Source: Lingula anatina (lineage: Eukaryota > Animalia > Brachiopoda). Taken from it: 64,000 nucleotides of DNA. Positions 17,501 through 29,193 of the stretch are shown piece by piece. The translations under genes and the position numbers were made by a program. The notes beneath the pieces are model-generated. The model was given only the letters and a program-made list of their open reading frames with translations. It ran no database searches and was not told where the DNA came from. The DNA lies in the NCBI GenBank assembly GCA_051362555.1, contig CM120644.1, forward strand, positions 8,564,954 through 8,628,953. The letters are read 5' to 3'. Every line of letters begins with the position of its first letter. Position 1 is the stretch's first letter.

Positions 17501-20500
17501 TTTAAAACATGCATACGAAATAGTCGTTCCTCTTAAACGTAAAAGCAAAAGTTCTAGAAACATCTGATCATTCACCATAAACTGCAATTCTTGGTCAGGA
17601 ATGTTGTCAACATTTTCAAGATTGTATATAGGAATGCAATATTCTTTTTTAAAATCTCGTATGGATTCATTAATTTTTTCGACATAGGTCATGTCGTATA
17701 GAAGGGAATTATTAAATTTCCAGAGTCCTCTTCCTCGCTTAAAACTGTCAAATTTTACTTGAAGTTTAATTGGTGAGTGATCTGATCTATAACTAAGTAG
17801 GGTGCTAACTGAGACCAAATTTGGAACTAAATTATCTGAGGTGAGAAAGAAATCCAGCCTGGCTTGTTTAACTGGATTTCTTTTGCGCCAAGTGAAATTA
17901 GACACATTCCCATATAGTTCTCTAAATGGGTCTAAATAGCCGTTTTCTTTTATCATATTTAAAACACTTAATCTTGCCTTGGGGTTATTTATCCGTGAAT
18001 AATTATAGTAATCAGTATCTGGATTCAAAACCAGGTTAAAATCTCCACAAATTATTTGAAATTCGCTGTCCATTTCATCGATCTTTTTGAAAAGGTTTTC
18101 AAAGAATGCGGGGTTATCAGTGTTAGGACCATAGATATTTGCAACTGTTACTATTTTATCATCAACGTCAAATTTCAGAATAAGCATATTCCCGGATTCG
18201 TCCTTGAATTCCTGTAGCAATTTAAAAGTTATGTTATTTTGTAGTAGAATTGCTACGCCTCGGGCGTTTGAGGTATAAGAACTGAAATAAGCTTCGTAAC
18301 CCCATTCATTCCTTATCTGAGCTTCTTTTTCATAAGTAAAATGTGTATCCTGTAAACAGAGGATATTACATTTCAAATTTCGTAAATATTGAAAGACGTC
18401 TTTTCTCTTCTCAAAACTCCCCATACCTTGACAGTTTACGCTGATAATTTCTATCATTTCAAGTTGTTAGCTATATTAATATTCCATGTGACTGCAACAT
18501 CGTCTAGCGGGGTCTCCCTCGTCTTCCTCTCTCGGCACGGTCTGACAGGCTGCGAGCGCGTTGTTGACCCGTGGCATGAATCACATCCTGCTGAGAAGTA
18601 TTTGTTCCACGTGCCGTGCTCTGATGCATGTCGGGTGGGATAAACTCACGATCGTCAATATATAATTTATCCATCACCAAAACAGCCTTCTTTCCATCCC
18701 TTTTTGCTGCCCTCAAATGGGTCATCAAAAGTTTTCTCTTTTCGTTGATCTCCTTCGGGAATTGTTCGTTTACTCCAAAGGGTTTGCCAACTAGGGTGCG
18801 CGGCGCGGCTTTCCTCACCATCTCCCGATCTCGATAGGATGAAAATTTTGCTACTATCGGTCGATGTCTACCATTTATTCTCCTTCCTATCCTGTGCACC
18901 CGATCAAAGTTTATGTCCTCGTCAAACCGCATCTCTTTTTTGAGGAAATTCTGTAATAAATTTTCCGGTAATTCGTTGTTTTCCTCCTTAATTCCGGTGA
19001 AAATTAAATTGTCCCGCATCGACCTTGCCTGTAACAACACGTGACGATCACGTAACTCATTCAGTTTTTCAGTCATATTTACTATGTCAGATCTGAGTTG
19101 TACATTTTCTTTTTGCAGCTCTACTTCATTTATTTGTATCTCTTTTAAAACGGTTTTTGTTTCATCGTTATTCAAGTCATTCTCGTCCAATTTGTCACAC
19201 GCAAATTTCACACTTTTCTCTAGTTCATTTACGTGTTGTCTTAGATCTTCTACTTCAGTTGTGACCTTATGAATCCGTAATTCAAAAACGTTAAGTTTAC
19301 TTTCAATAACGTCTAGTTTCTCAAGTTTTTGGCACATTTTTTCTAAAGTTTGTGCTATGTCTTCAATCTTTGAGTCGTGGACTGCTTGCTGAGTACTTAT
19401 CGTTCTTGTTTGAGGGTTTGCTGGCGTAACACGGAAAGTATCATTGTTATTCATGACTTTATTGGGCGCCGCAGGCGTTGAACAAAGCTGTGCTAGCGTG
19501 AAATCCTCACTGCTTTGAGAATTGCTCATCACCGCGATCTTATTACAACTACTCAGGCTTTCTTCTTCACTGCCAGATTTTGATTCTTTTTTCCTCTTTT
19601 TTCCTATCTTTCTCTTCTTTTTAGCGTTATAGGACATTCCAAAAAGGTTCACTTATAGTTCATACGTAATCCAGTCATTTTTTAATACCTTCTGATCAAC
19701 CAAAAAGTGTTCAAAACTCACTTTTACCGGAGAGGTTTTGACCCTTGTGTGTGCTTGTCTCGGCCTCGTTTTCATTACCTGAATGTCGTATGACTTTGCA
19801 CAACAGTTTCCGGTTTCCTTCATGCAAGCGGTTCTGTTGACAACGCCTTCTTCCTCATCGGGGTGTGAATCTGGAAGCGAAGAAAGAAACTGCGATACTG
19901 AAACACATTTAAAAAGATGAAAGTGGGAAGGAAATGATGAATAGTAAAAGTGACAGTTTGCCAAATGAAAATGACCAAAACAAACAAATGAACAAAAAAG
20001 CATAATGGCTTTTGGGTCTGTCTTTGGGTTATCCGTGCTCAAGGTAGGTTCTACTAACGTTACAGAACAAACTGCCCACCGTTAAGCCAGATAGGTCTCT
20101 CTGTCCCACAGTTCCCGTGAACAATGCACGTGGTCGGCATCGTGCTCCCAGTTAACATGTCGAAGCGGTACCAGCTGTTGTTGAGGTGATTGTCGCAATT
20201 TATGGGCAATTCAGACAAAAAGGTCGAGCTTCTGGTTACTTCATCCTTCCGCACAGTGTGTTGCACACAGGGATTAAATTCTTTAAGTTAAAAAATATGT
20301 AGGCCTATATTGTTATGATTTGGTTTTAAATAAATATACATTATAAAGTTTATGTAGCCAATGAACAGTTAAGACATGGAATCTTTTGCAAAATCACCCT
20401 GCACTTTAAGCAATTACAAAGTGCGTTATACTATTTTACCTGGTATATGCAGTGTGTTTTGATGGTCTTACGTTCAGAATTTTCATGTTCATATCGGATA

Positions 20501-21091
20501 CATGTCACTGTTTGTCGGCACGTTTCTCCGCTGCAGGCCGACAAGTTAATCTAAGCTCATTGGGTACAGGGTAGACGTGTTTTACATGTTTGTATCTGGT
20601 GTACTCGCAAAAAGGGTCGATTGATGAATCAATATAATATACTGAATAAATTCGAATTCATTACCTTGACATACACTTTTATAATCTTTACAACAGTCAC
20701 TTGCTATTAAGCAATGCTCGTCACACATGCATCCTGCCCTGGTACGGCAACCGTCGTCTTGGCCAGGGCAACATCCATAGTCAGCACAGAAACCATTGGT
20801 CTCTTAAAATAACAAAGGGTACAAGAACTGAGCAAAAAGTTACACATATTTTTTTCTTTGAGGACAACCATAGTGTTACTCTCTCCCAACAGAATGAGTG
20901 TTATTTTCATCAAAACCCTTTTTCAAATGCGTTATTCTCACTCCTCCTTAATTCATTGAAAATTAGAAAACAAACATCGGAATGATTTGTTCGACGATCT
21001 TATTGCATATTACGTAATTACCTGTAATCCACTGGGAAATAAAGACAAACACGACACATGTGAAGCCCTTTTCAAAAGGAAGTTTTGCCAT
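10109..21091 (-). CDS. Secreted VWDE-like gene (signal peptide, somatomedin-B-like, UMOD/GP2/OIT3 D8C-like and start of VWD domain); 5' part only, one exon disrupted by a LINE
   Basis: Phase-compatible GT-AG exons: 21091-21022 (MAKLPFEKGFTCVVFVFISQWIT), 20802-20665 (FCADYGCCPGQDDGC...CMCDEHC...DCCKDYKSVC), 20280-20080 (CDNHLNNSWYRF...MPTTC...CGTERPIWLNG), 19870-19780 + 14505-14432 (VVNRTAC...CCAKSYDIQIKNC...VYRL...CPERYC), 12462-12400, 12104-11833, 11692-11594, 10904-10515, 10194-10109 (CMSNNDPHMRTFDG). Confidence 0.85.
12631..14291. mobile_element. Non-autonomous TIR DNA transposon, Tc1/mariner-like (TA target site)
   Basis: Perfect 28-bp TIRs CAGACTTGACATTTAATATGGAATATTT (12631-12658 and 14264-14291), flanked by TA on both sides; no transposase ORF inside. 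Confidence 0.85.
14675..18457 (-). CDS. LINE ORF2: AP endonuclease, reverse transcriptase, C-terminal zinc finger
   Basis: ISVNCQG, CLQDTH, NIYGPN, GDFN, RLDFFL, SDH (APE); KSPGSDG, WRPITLLN, IDFEKAFD, GLRQGDPISP, QYADD (RT); CTFC...ETIYHILWDC. Confidence 0.97.
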   Translation of the reverse strand: MIEIISVNCQGMGSFEKRKDVFQYLRNLKCNILCLQDTHFTYEKEAQIRNEWGYEAYFSSYTSNARGVAILLQNNITFKLLQEFKDESGNMLILKFDVDDKIVTVANIYGPNTDNPAFFENLFKKIDEMDSEFQIICGDFNLVLNPDTDYYNYSRINNPKARLSVLNMIKENGYLDPFRELYGNVSNFTWRKRNPVKQARLDFFLTSDNLVPNLVSVSTLLSYRSDHSPIKLQVKFDSFKRGRGLWKFNNSLLYDMTYVEKINESIRDFKKEYCIPIYNLENVDNIPDQELQFMVNDQMFLELLLLRLRGTTISYACFKKKKLQEVEKGLMKEIEQLTEDYEKCDARLQLELERKKQQLVEMRSARLKGSIIRSREKWLTEGEKPTKYFLSLEKRKFTQKIIPRLQVGENEYITEQNEILKETKKFYEKLYSENTQCADIDWQTNLKDFNVPKLTTDERESLEGPITNVEAKIFLTKMRNDKSPGSDGFTVEFLKFFWAKVGTFVIRSLNYGLTHGQLSVTQREGIITCIPKEDRPKQFLKNWRPITLLNTVYKIASGVVSSRIKTVLDKLISKEQTGFLKGRYIGENTRLIYDLMQYTEENHVPGILLLIDFEKAFDSISWDFLNQVLIFFNFGPDIINYIKTFYKNITSRVNQGGHLSEMFQPQRGLRQGDPISPYLFLLCSEILSVSIKNNPQIKGIQIGENEYKISQYADDTSLILDGSEQSLNASLQDLRWFEKISGLKINYDKTQVIWIGSKKNSNEKLCKNWTLIWGATSFKLLGIKFYVELDTICERNYRGKIESTERLLKLWERRILTPVGRITVIKSLIISKFNHLFISLPNPSNQIIKELKKLIFGFLWKGKPDKVKREIVCKKIKDGGLNMINVEATIMALKLTWVRRLINREGIWQNILLHRYKLDLMLNCGCEYLRFCQTGTQNLFWKDVFLAWQELLKKKEQMTELNKVPLWYSDSLRINKETLFHKEMYDKGFRQVNDLINEKGRLYSYKEFSELSNIKINFLQYNGIIATINDLYRKKFNPHKIKMYGPWQPEGIRVIVRQTRGSKDMYDILNSSNVRPIFEEKWSNIFTPRDHSFWEKIYKKTNVSVKDTKMLWFQFRIFYRILTTNNFVYKTGLSQSPMCTFCHEEVETIYHILWDCNIVQNFLRQVEAWLISCNIYLNFSNIQFILIDINERNVSNIIMTIHIKFFIYKTKCQKDALLLTKLQLYLENIYKIYKQKYIVSQDLDKFNVIWQKWRGIYGFV
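18504..19637 (-). CDS. LINE ORF1 (coiled coil + L1-type RRM/CTD RNA-binding protein)
   Basis: Heptad coiled coil followed by RSMRDNLIFTGIKE, FDRVHRIG, RPIVAKF, VNEQFP and KLYID motifs typical of L1-type ORF1p. First ATG at 19637. Confidence 0.9.
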   Translation of the reverse strand: MSYNAKKKRKIGKKRKKESKSGSEEESLSSCNKIAVMSNSQSSEDFTLAQLCSTPAAPNKVMNNNDTFRVTPANPQTRTISTQQAVHDSKIEDIAQTLEKMCQKLEKLDVIESKLNVFELRIHKVTTEVEDLRQHVNELEKSVKFACDKLDENDLNNDETKTVLKEIQINEVELQKENVQLRSDIVNMTEKLNELRDRHVLLQARSMRDNLIFTGIKEENNELPENLLQNFLKKEMRFDEDINFDRVHRIGRRINGRHRPIVAKFSSYRDREMVRKAAPRTLVGKPFGVNEQFPKEINEKRKLLMTHLRAAKRDGKKAVLVMDKLYIDDREFIPPDMHQSTARGTNTSQQDVIHATGQQRARSLSDRAERGRRGRPR

Positions 21092-22954
21092 GTTGTACTT
21101 TGTATCTGGAAAAAAGTCGGTTTGCCATTACTTATATCTGGGATGGAAGAATATGAAAAAAAAAAGCATCTGAAAATATATTGTTTTGATTGAATAATCC
21201 ACGTAACAGCAAAATATAAGTCCAAAATAAAGAGCTTATTGTATGATGGCCGTCTATCCAGTAGATATATACACATTCACTCTATTATTTTCTACATCCT
21301 ACCAGTACATTAATAAAGTAACTCAAGAATATGTGCCTTGAAGAAACAATATCGTCTAACTTGTCCAGAAAGTGTGTTCCGGTCGCTATCTCACTCGTCG
21401 TTGGTTTAATCTTGCCACACTTGGGAAGAATTTATTGCTAATGTGCGATATGCTTACATACATACATGCATTGTCTATCTTTCCATCTAAATGTATAACA
21501 AGTGGAACACTCAAACTTATGTCATTAATGTAAATGTTATGTAAGCGTGTAAATGTTATGTAAGCGTGTTTTTTATTTAGATCCCCGAGTAACATATTTC
21601 AGAAATCATGCATCATCTCACCTTTTCTGTCCTTATCTTCACAAAATTTGACTGAGAGGCGTCTTTGGCTGCGTGCAGTGTGTAGACTGTTGCCAGCCTT
21701 TCCCCTCAAGAAACCAGCTGAGTAGTGACCATAATAAAGAGTGATATTGTCGAAGTTTTATAATTCACGTTTTGTACTTGTCTAGACTGCTTACAGACTT
21801 AACAATAAATAAATCGGCTGACATATGGCCGTAACGAAGAAATACTCGCGCAACGCTGTCGAACTCATGTGATTGAAAGCTGTATTTTGAACCTTTCTAT
21901 TGATTTTTGTACTAACTGGAGCACAGGCATGGTATCTTATCAAAAAGGAAGTTTATTTAAACCAAGAACAGATGGATGTGAACTTGGCTAGCCTGTGGAC
22001 TCTGGCATTAAACAACACGTTTGTCACCTTATCTCACTTTTTCCCCCTGACGTCGGCATAAACAATTGCAGCGGCTGGTTGAGCACTCCAGGAACCTGTC
22101 TGTGAGCGGGCACGCTGCTGCTGGGAATTCGGATGGGGGGGGGGGGCATTTATTTCGTATTAGCCTGTGCTGGTTACGGTTGTGCCACTGTCGGTGCAAC
22201 CGATTTAGCGACAGAGACTTTCATCACTTTCCTCGTACGGGATGTATATAACAATTATTTTGTATTAAAAAAAATGTTTCTAAAATGCAATGCAGTATCT
22301 CATATCAGTGGGGTAACTTGTGTCATTATATGGATAATATGAATAAAATGACAGGTGCGTAGTCCTACTGTTATCTAACATCACAAGCCTTTACATTGAT
22401 AGTGCTATTGAAAGTGTAAATCAATTTATATGTGGCATGAATAAAACTATACCGGCAACAACAACATAAAGGTTTCTACATTTCACTTCACATAATAGGT
22501 ATAGTAACAGATAGTAGTAATTTGGTAACGGACTACGGTTCCTGGCGGACTACAGGATAATTGAACATGATCTACCATCTATTGAGAGAATCAGAATTGA
22601 GAAGATGAGGGCACACACGGCCAGTGACTTTTAAGATCCTTAATTAAGATTGTTTACATTTCTACCAAGCAACAAGACAGTTCTGAATTTTAAAGGCAGT
22701 AAGCAGTTCCTAAAAAACGTGACGTCAATGCTTGAACGAAGCTGTTCATTGACATTCAGACTCCATTACCACAAACACCATCGGTTTACTCAGGGACTCT
22801 CGCAAAGTGCAATTCGCTTGACTGAACGAACGCCTCCTCCAATTATAAGAAACAATAATAAAATATGAGTATACCATCTTGTTTAGGTTCGAAAAATACG
22901 CAAAATCTACTTCAAGCCGCGCAAAGAACATTGATACGTCATGTTATATTTTGC

Positions 22955-23478
22955 GCAGTCGGTAACGAAGCAACTCGTTTGAATAAAGACAATTTGGCAG
23001 AAAAGAATATGATATGAGCGCGGTCTTTTTGAGATTTAACCAATGGGTTATGGGAGATTTTTATTTTATTAAACCCACTTTCATATAACACGCCCCGTAT
23101 TTTGATAGTATTCTCCACTCATAATACTAAGAGAAACAGCTCTATGTGTTTGAAAAATCTGCTCTCTCTACGCACACACGTTTCAGCTAAATAGTAGCGT
23201 GATACTTGCAACATGACCTGCTAACCTACAAGTACCCCGGTAACTCCATCCTTGTGCTCACATCACGACTTTATCCGGAAAATAGCATTTAGCATGTACT
23301 TGTACATGTGCAGAGTGGTAAACAGTGTCGTTGTCAACTAGGGAGCAGACAAAATTGCCTCACTTACACGCAAATCACCTACTTAAATTGCTCTGTTGGT
23401 AAGTGTTACTTACAGTTGATGTCAAATTTAGTGGTACAGTAAGGAAGAGCATTGTTTAGAAGTGAATGATTAGTACTG
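22955..23478 (+). repeat. ~500-bp dispersed direct repeat, copy 1
   Basis: Collinear similarity to 27106-27601, including an identical block CTCTGTTGGTAAGTGTTACTTACAGTTGATGTCAAATTTAGTGGTACAGTAAGGAAGAGCATT. Confidence 0.85.
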
Positions 23479-25333
23479 GAGGACTGTTTTGTCGCCATTC
23501 GCCATTCACTTGTTTGGAGAGACATGTCAGCCCTATTTTGTTAGTTTGCAGACTTTCAATGGAATGGTTTTCCTCGAAATTGCAGATATACTAAAAAAAA
23601 GCCAGCAAACGTTTGTAAAAAATGGTGCATTTAAGCAATTATGACGAAGTCGACAGCGACGACAGACGCAAATGGTGACTATAAAAGACTTCTTTTAATT
23701 TGTTGACTAAGGGTCGAGAAGCCATTCAATACAGAGACATTAGCAAGTTGAAGCAATAAGATAGAAAAGGAACCAAATATGCCTGTATGTCTCTATATAA
23801 CGAACGGAATAACGTTAGCTAGTTTTCCCGTGGAGTACGGTGTACTAAGGTAGAAAATTACCTTCTTAGTTGTAATGAAAAAAAAAACATATAAAACGTT
23901 TTGAAGTTCACAGATTATGTATTTGAAAAAATCCCTTGAACTTGAAAACTTATAATCTTGAAACTTCTGAAAACTTATGAAAACTAGTGGAAACTGATAA
24001 AAATTCTATACAATATGGTCGGGGAAGATCGTGACGCTGAACTGAATTAATAAATAGGGCGGGAGTTCGAATATACAGGTAGCTAGGATAAGTCATGTGA
24101 CACATATGAACACATCTTCTGAACAATAACTCTGAACCAACAACGTGCTGTAGCTACATGGCTCCCCAAAAATAACAAATTTTCCTTTAATATTTATTAC
24201 ATTAACGTAAATCATTTTAGTGGCATTTTAAATAACAAATTGAATTGACAAGCATTAATTACCTTTCATCATAGATACCATTCACGTCATCACTAATGCT
24301 CTGATATTCCATAGATATCTTTACCCTTGACCGTGGTTGTAAACGTATATAAAGTATAATAAACCGTAAATATAGTTAATAAGCCATATACCGTATGATA
24401 TCACTGATACACAATAGTATACTATGACCGCATTATCTCTGAATAGCACAGAAATACCCAAATTAATGCTTTTTAATTTTTACGGCATTCTTGATGTAAA
24501 CAGTACCTTTAAATCATGTGCTCCTACATTACCTTCTAAAGTAAACGCCAGAACTACTTACTGCACTATTACATCATTAATACACATCTGAAAAAATTCT
24601 AAATGATTATATATATATATATACCTTAACAAAAAAAAAAACAGCAAATATAGATAACCAATTAAGCATACACAGTGTGTCCGTACGACCTTCAGCAAAA
24701 GAAGTGTGAAAATGTTCATGTAAAACATCCATATAGCACAAACCTGAAATGATGCTTTGTAACAGCTGGATTCCATAACTATTATACCATCATACTTAAA
24801 TTTATTATTCATGCAAGTGCTATATTTAATTTGCAATATACCGTGTAGTACGTGGTTTGAGCTTAGAAATACTGTAGTTGCAATTAAAACCATAGTGCTT
24901 GTATACATAGAAGATTACAAAGAAGGTTTTTAGTATAAGTCTTTCAAAACGTCAACCTTCATGTTGTTACCATAGCCATCATGCTGTTATACGTTTTTAA
25001 GTTAATTCTGCTAACATCTATTGTCGTGTATATTGTGGGAACGAGTCAGAAATAGAATCCACAATTGTCGATAAAATATATAAAATGTACTTCGTAAGGT
25101 TTTATTGACTTTAAGTATATTCTAGTATTTTACTGCATTAAATGGTTTCTAGCTTCTTAAGTAGCATTACAAAAAAATGTGAAGTGCAGTTTTACCTGTA
25201 TGTTGCTGACTTTTATCGTACAAGGCCATGAAAACCACGGTGTGATATCAAACGGAGCACCTGGTAGGAGTTTATTTCAATGCTGCTACTGAGCATCCAC
25301 AGTCTTAACTGAAAAGTTATGTATGTATTGTTT

Positions 25334-26374
25334 TCATTTTTGAAACCCCAGCAAACGTTTAAATCTTTGTCGGAATAATGAACCGCAAAGCCCGTAAAAG
25401 AAAAAATTAACTGACGAGTTCAGACTTGCTAGAAAAAAACCCGTGGGTGTTGTCCAGCTTTCAATGACTGCAATGATCTCAAACTGTCCGGCCATATTAT
25501 CCACGAAAGCCAAAACGAGGAATGTAAGAGTAACAGGTAACACAGTTAATATATAAAATGTCATCAGTAACATTACCGTTTTCATTATCTGTATGGAATT
25601 ATAACTGTTCGTATTGTTCATTGCTAGTCGAATTTCAGCTTGCCTCCTCAAGGACTGAATAAGTTTCGCGTGTAGAAAAAGCATGAACCCATTTGGTAAA
25701 ATGTTGAAAATGAGAGGAAGCACCTTGCGGTAAACAAGTTCATGGCTGTTGGTCCATTCCTTTAAACGAACATCCAGACAGAAGTCACCCGAGTTGTATC
25801 CACAAGGAAGAAATCCAACAATTTCAGTGTCAAAAAACTTCGGAAATTGATACATTGTGATCATTGTTAATAACACAAGCGTCCTCCACCGCCATTGTGA
25901 TACCTTTCGAAACTCAATGCTTTTCACAGGTCTGTCAATTGCGAGATAACGGTCGAATGCTACAAAAACTAGCAGAAAAACGGAAGAAAGTCTTGCAATC
26001 AGCATGATTGGCCAAATATAAACGGTGATCGGCTGCATTGCGACAAAGTACCAGTCAATCCACCCTGAATAGACATGCAAAGCAGGTAAATGAACGATAA
26101 ATATCGCCGTGATTAAATATATATTATCCGTGATTGCTATCCAGGACAGTAAATAATTAGTCGATTCATTTGCTCTCTCCTTGTAGAATACAATGAAAGA
26201 CAGGGTGTTGCAAATTATTCCAATCAGACCAACGGCCAGTGACACGAATCCTAGAACAACGACGGTGTACAAGTTTAAGGCCGTTCGATGAATGGCGGTG
26301 CCATTGACCAGCGTACTGTTCAATGTATTTGCTGAGAAATTCAATTCGTCCTTATCGTCAAAGAAAGTTGCCAT
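25334..26374 (-). CDS. Intronless class A GPCR, FMRFamide/sex-peptide-receptor-like expansion family
   Basis: Seven hydrophobic segments; GIICN (TM1), STNYLL...AITD (TM2), FDRYLAI (TM3), FPKFF, NSSVNFFFY (TM7), FRQRF helix 8; N-terminal N-glycosylation sequons. ATG at 26374. Confidence 0.9.
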   Translation of the reverse strand: MATFFDDKDELNFSANTLNSTLVNGTAIHRTALNLYTVVVLGFVSLAVGLIGIICNTLSFIVFYKERANESTNYLLSWIAITDNIYLITAIFIVHLPALHVYSGWIDWYFVAMQPITVYIWPIMLIARLSSVFLLVFVAFDRYLAIDRPVKSIEFRKVSQWRWRTLVLLTMITMYQFPKFFDTEIVGFLPCGYNSGDFCLDVRLKEWTNSHELVYRKVLPLIFNILPNGFMLFLHAKLIQSLRRQAEIRLAMNNTNSYNSIQIMKTVMLLMTFYILTVLPVTLTFLVLAFVDNMAGQFEIIAVIESWTTPTGFFLASLNSSVNFFFYGLCGSLFRQRFKRLLGFQK

Positions 26375-27105
26375 TATGTTTCGATAAGAAACAATAACGC
26401 TAATAAAACAAACCTGTCTTAACAATAACTGTACTTATGAAGCTGAGTCTTTATATCTTGCGATTTGTCCACCTTCTTAACCAATCAGAGATCAGAATAA
26501 CAGATAATTGATTGTCACTGTTACTAGGAATCCGCCTTGCAACAGAACAAGGTACAGTTCATTGGTAAAAGAGACTTACCGGTCGCAAGCATTCGAAAAC
26601 ATGTCGCTGGAAGGTTGCAAGCGACCACAATAAATAAACGTAAGGTGGGCGTACCCTTGTCTTGCATGCTTTCTAAATATCATAATCGTAAATTATACTA
26701 TTTTAGAAAAAGAAAACATAATTGTATTTGTTGACAAGATTTTACACTAACAGAGTAATGTGATAATTTTAATGCTATGTTAATTTCTGTAATTATTTTG
26801 TAAAACTCATTGGTAGGTCTAAATATGCTGATATGTTTCATCACTGTATGTCTTTTAAAATTTGCAAAGTCATATTATTTGAGGTAACAATGAAACAAAT
26901 AGACTAATGCAGAGAAAACGGAGAATAAAAATAATTTAATGACTCTTAGACATTTTAACGATCTATCACATTATTTGTAGATAATTTCAAAATAACATTT
27001 TTCTGAAAAGTTAAGATAGACGTTCACATTCCAATAACAGAAAACAATATTATAAATGGAAATTAAAGATTTCTGATCAAATTATTTTTATTTTCCCTTT
27101 TCTCT

Positions 27106-27601
27106 GCAGTCGGTAGAGCAATTCGTTTGAAGAAAGACAAGAAAATATAATGAGCGGAGTTTGCCAGAGATTTAACCGAGGAGAATGGGGGATGTAACTC
27201 CTTGATTTAACGCACTTTCATAAAGCACGCCTCGTATTTTTAATAACATTCGCTACTCAGAATACCGAGAGAAACAGCTTTATGTGATTGTAAGATCTAT
27301 TTGCTCTTCGCACACACGTTTCAGCTGATAATGTGCTTCACGCTACTTGTAATATAGCCTGCAAACTTTACTCCCTTTGTGCATTGACATCACGACTATA
27401 TCCGGAAAGGTGCATTTAGCATGTACTTGTATGTGCAAAGAGTGGTAAACGGTGGCATTATCAACTTGGGAGCAGACAAAATTACCTCACACGCAAATCA
27501 CCTACTTAAATGCTCTCTGTTGGTAAGTGTTACTTACAGTTGATGTCAAATTTAGTGGTACAGTAAGGAAGAGCATTATTTAGAAGTAGACGATAAGTAC
27601 T
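27106..27601 (+). repeat. ~500-bp dispersed direct repeat, copy 2
   Basis: Homologous to 22955-23478. Confidence 0.85.
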
Positions 27602-28557
27602 TGTTACAGCACGAGTCGTCCACTGTATTCGTTACACAAGAGCACAGTTATATCGAATGAGTGTTTGAACCTTATTATATATGCACCGAGTTATTGCTCC
27701 TTTGGACTAAGTGCACAGATATATTCAGGAGTTGTTTGATAAAACCATAATATTTCACGTATTTCAATGGCGTTATTTAAAAATAAAAACATGTTTGAGG
27801 GTTTGTATTGGTAGGATTGCGTTAGTTGAGAAATGCAATGCACAACTAACCAACAAAGTAAAAAATAAAAGCAATTGGTTTCAACAAACTATGTAACTCC
27901 ATTTCTACAATTACGTACTGCATCTTTTGTGAGTTAGAATTTTCAAAAAATTATTTTTAAAATAGAATTATAGCTCTATGGATAGTTGCTTTTTATAAAT
28001 ATGTTAATTGCTATTTTCTCCTTTGATCCATCACTTCTTCCGCTCTTTCCTCTCTCCGTCGTGTCTCTTGTTGCAATATATATATATATGTAAATTATAC
28101 TAAAAACATCGTCATAATTTTAATATCGTTGTATTTTTATTTCTATAATGTTACAATCGTATCTTATAATACAGCGGAACAGTGTGATATAGAAGGTGAT
28201 GCACACATTGACCCGGGTGTTTTAACATATTATTTGGCAATCGCCGAAGAAAGCCCCCATCCGCATTGCAAAACTTGGTCTGGCTTCAAGGTCTTTCGTC
28301 GTATGATTATTTCATCGAATCTCCTACTTGGCAGGTTTTAAGTCTCTGTTGCTTCCTGTGTAGCTTTCTCTGCTGCGCCTAAAAAAGTCACATGCAATGT
28401 TTTACCTAATTCATGATGACACTTAAAAAGAAGGACCCTTATAAGAAAGATATTTGAATGTAAGATAAAAGATGCTTGTCATGTTTGGGATTTTCATTCA
28501 TAAATAAAATCAGATCAAGGCTAGTGAAGAGTTGCCACAGTAATCGAAAAAATCTGT

Positions 28558-28560
<3 letters not shown>

Positions 28561-28596
<36 letters not shown>
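28561..28596. repeat. (CA)n microsatellite
   Basis: Perfect CA run followed by an A tract. Confidence 0.95.
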
Positions 28597-28600
<4 letters not shown>

Positions 28601-29193
28601 AAAAAACAATGCTCATGTACTTCTAGTTGTTTGAAAAGGGGAAACACAAGGCCCGTAAAGGATAATCGCTTAAGTCGTGTTTCTACAGTATTGTGAAAGA
28701 AAAAATTGAGCGAATGAAGAAAATATTACTTAAAACGAAAATTAGAGGAAACAAGAACTCTTACTTGATTGTTTATTCTTTCACATTATAAAATAGAGTT
28801 AAAAGTGTAGAGCCAGTTATATGAATTGCCGTGTTGATAACTTAATGAAGTCAAGCAATTTAAATTATTTAAACAAATAAACAGAAAAAAATGACAAGCG
28901 AGGCAATCCAATTCAAAACCATATGTACTGACAGTCAATGAAAACGCATCAGAAAACTTCCTTGTACTTTTTTTTTTACCAAAAATCGATCCCAACCATA
29001 TAAACGAGTACAAATGCACTTGTTTGGTCAAAAGAGAGTGGGCTGACCACTAGGAAGTTTAAAATTTCCGCTTCAGTGATTTTGTGATCAGCTGTTACAA
29101 AATCATGTGTTTTTCCTGTCTCGTGATTGGTGTGAATTAATCAGGTTCAATATCACCAAACCCAGTATGACACATGACAAAAAAGGTTCAGTG

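Larger units (their letters stand above)
14521..19779 (-). mobile_element. Full-length L1/Tx1-type non-LTR retrotransposon
   Basis: ORF1 + ORF2, 32-nt poly(A) (T-run 14521-14552) directly after AATAAA, and TSD TGAATGTCGTATGAC at 14506-14520 and 19780-19794. Confidence 0.97.

Noticed and set aside
19653-20042. 129-aa ORF upstream of LINE ORF1 as an extra LINE ORF
   Set aside because: It is a chimera of host intron, the 5' half of the interrupted host exon and the LINE 5' UTR across the TSD.
22955-27601. Direct repeats as LTRs of a GPCR-transducing retroelement
   Set aside because: No TG..CA termini, PBS, PPT, TSD or retroelement coding remnants were seen.
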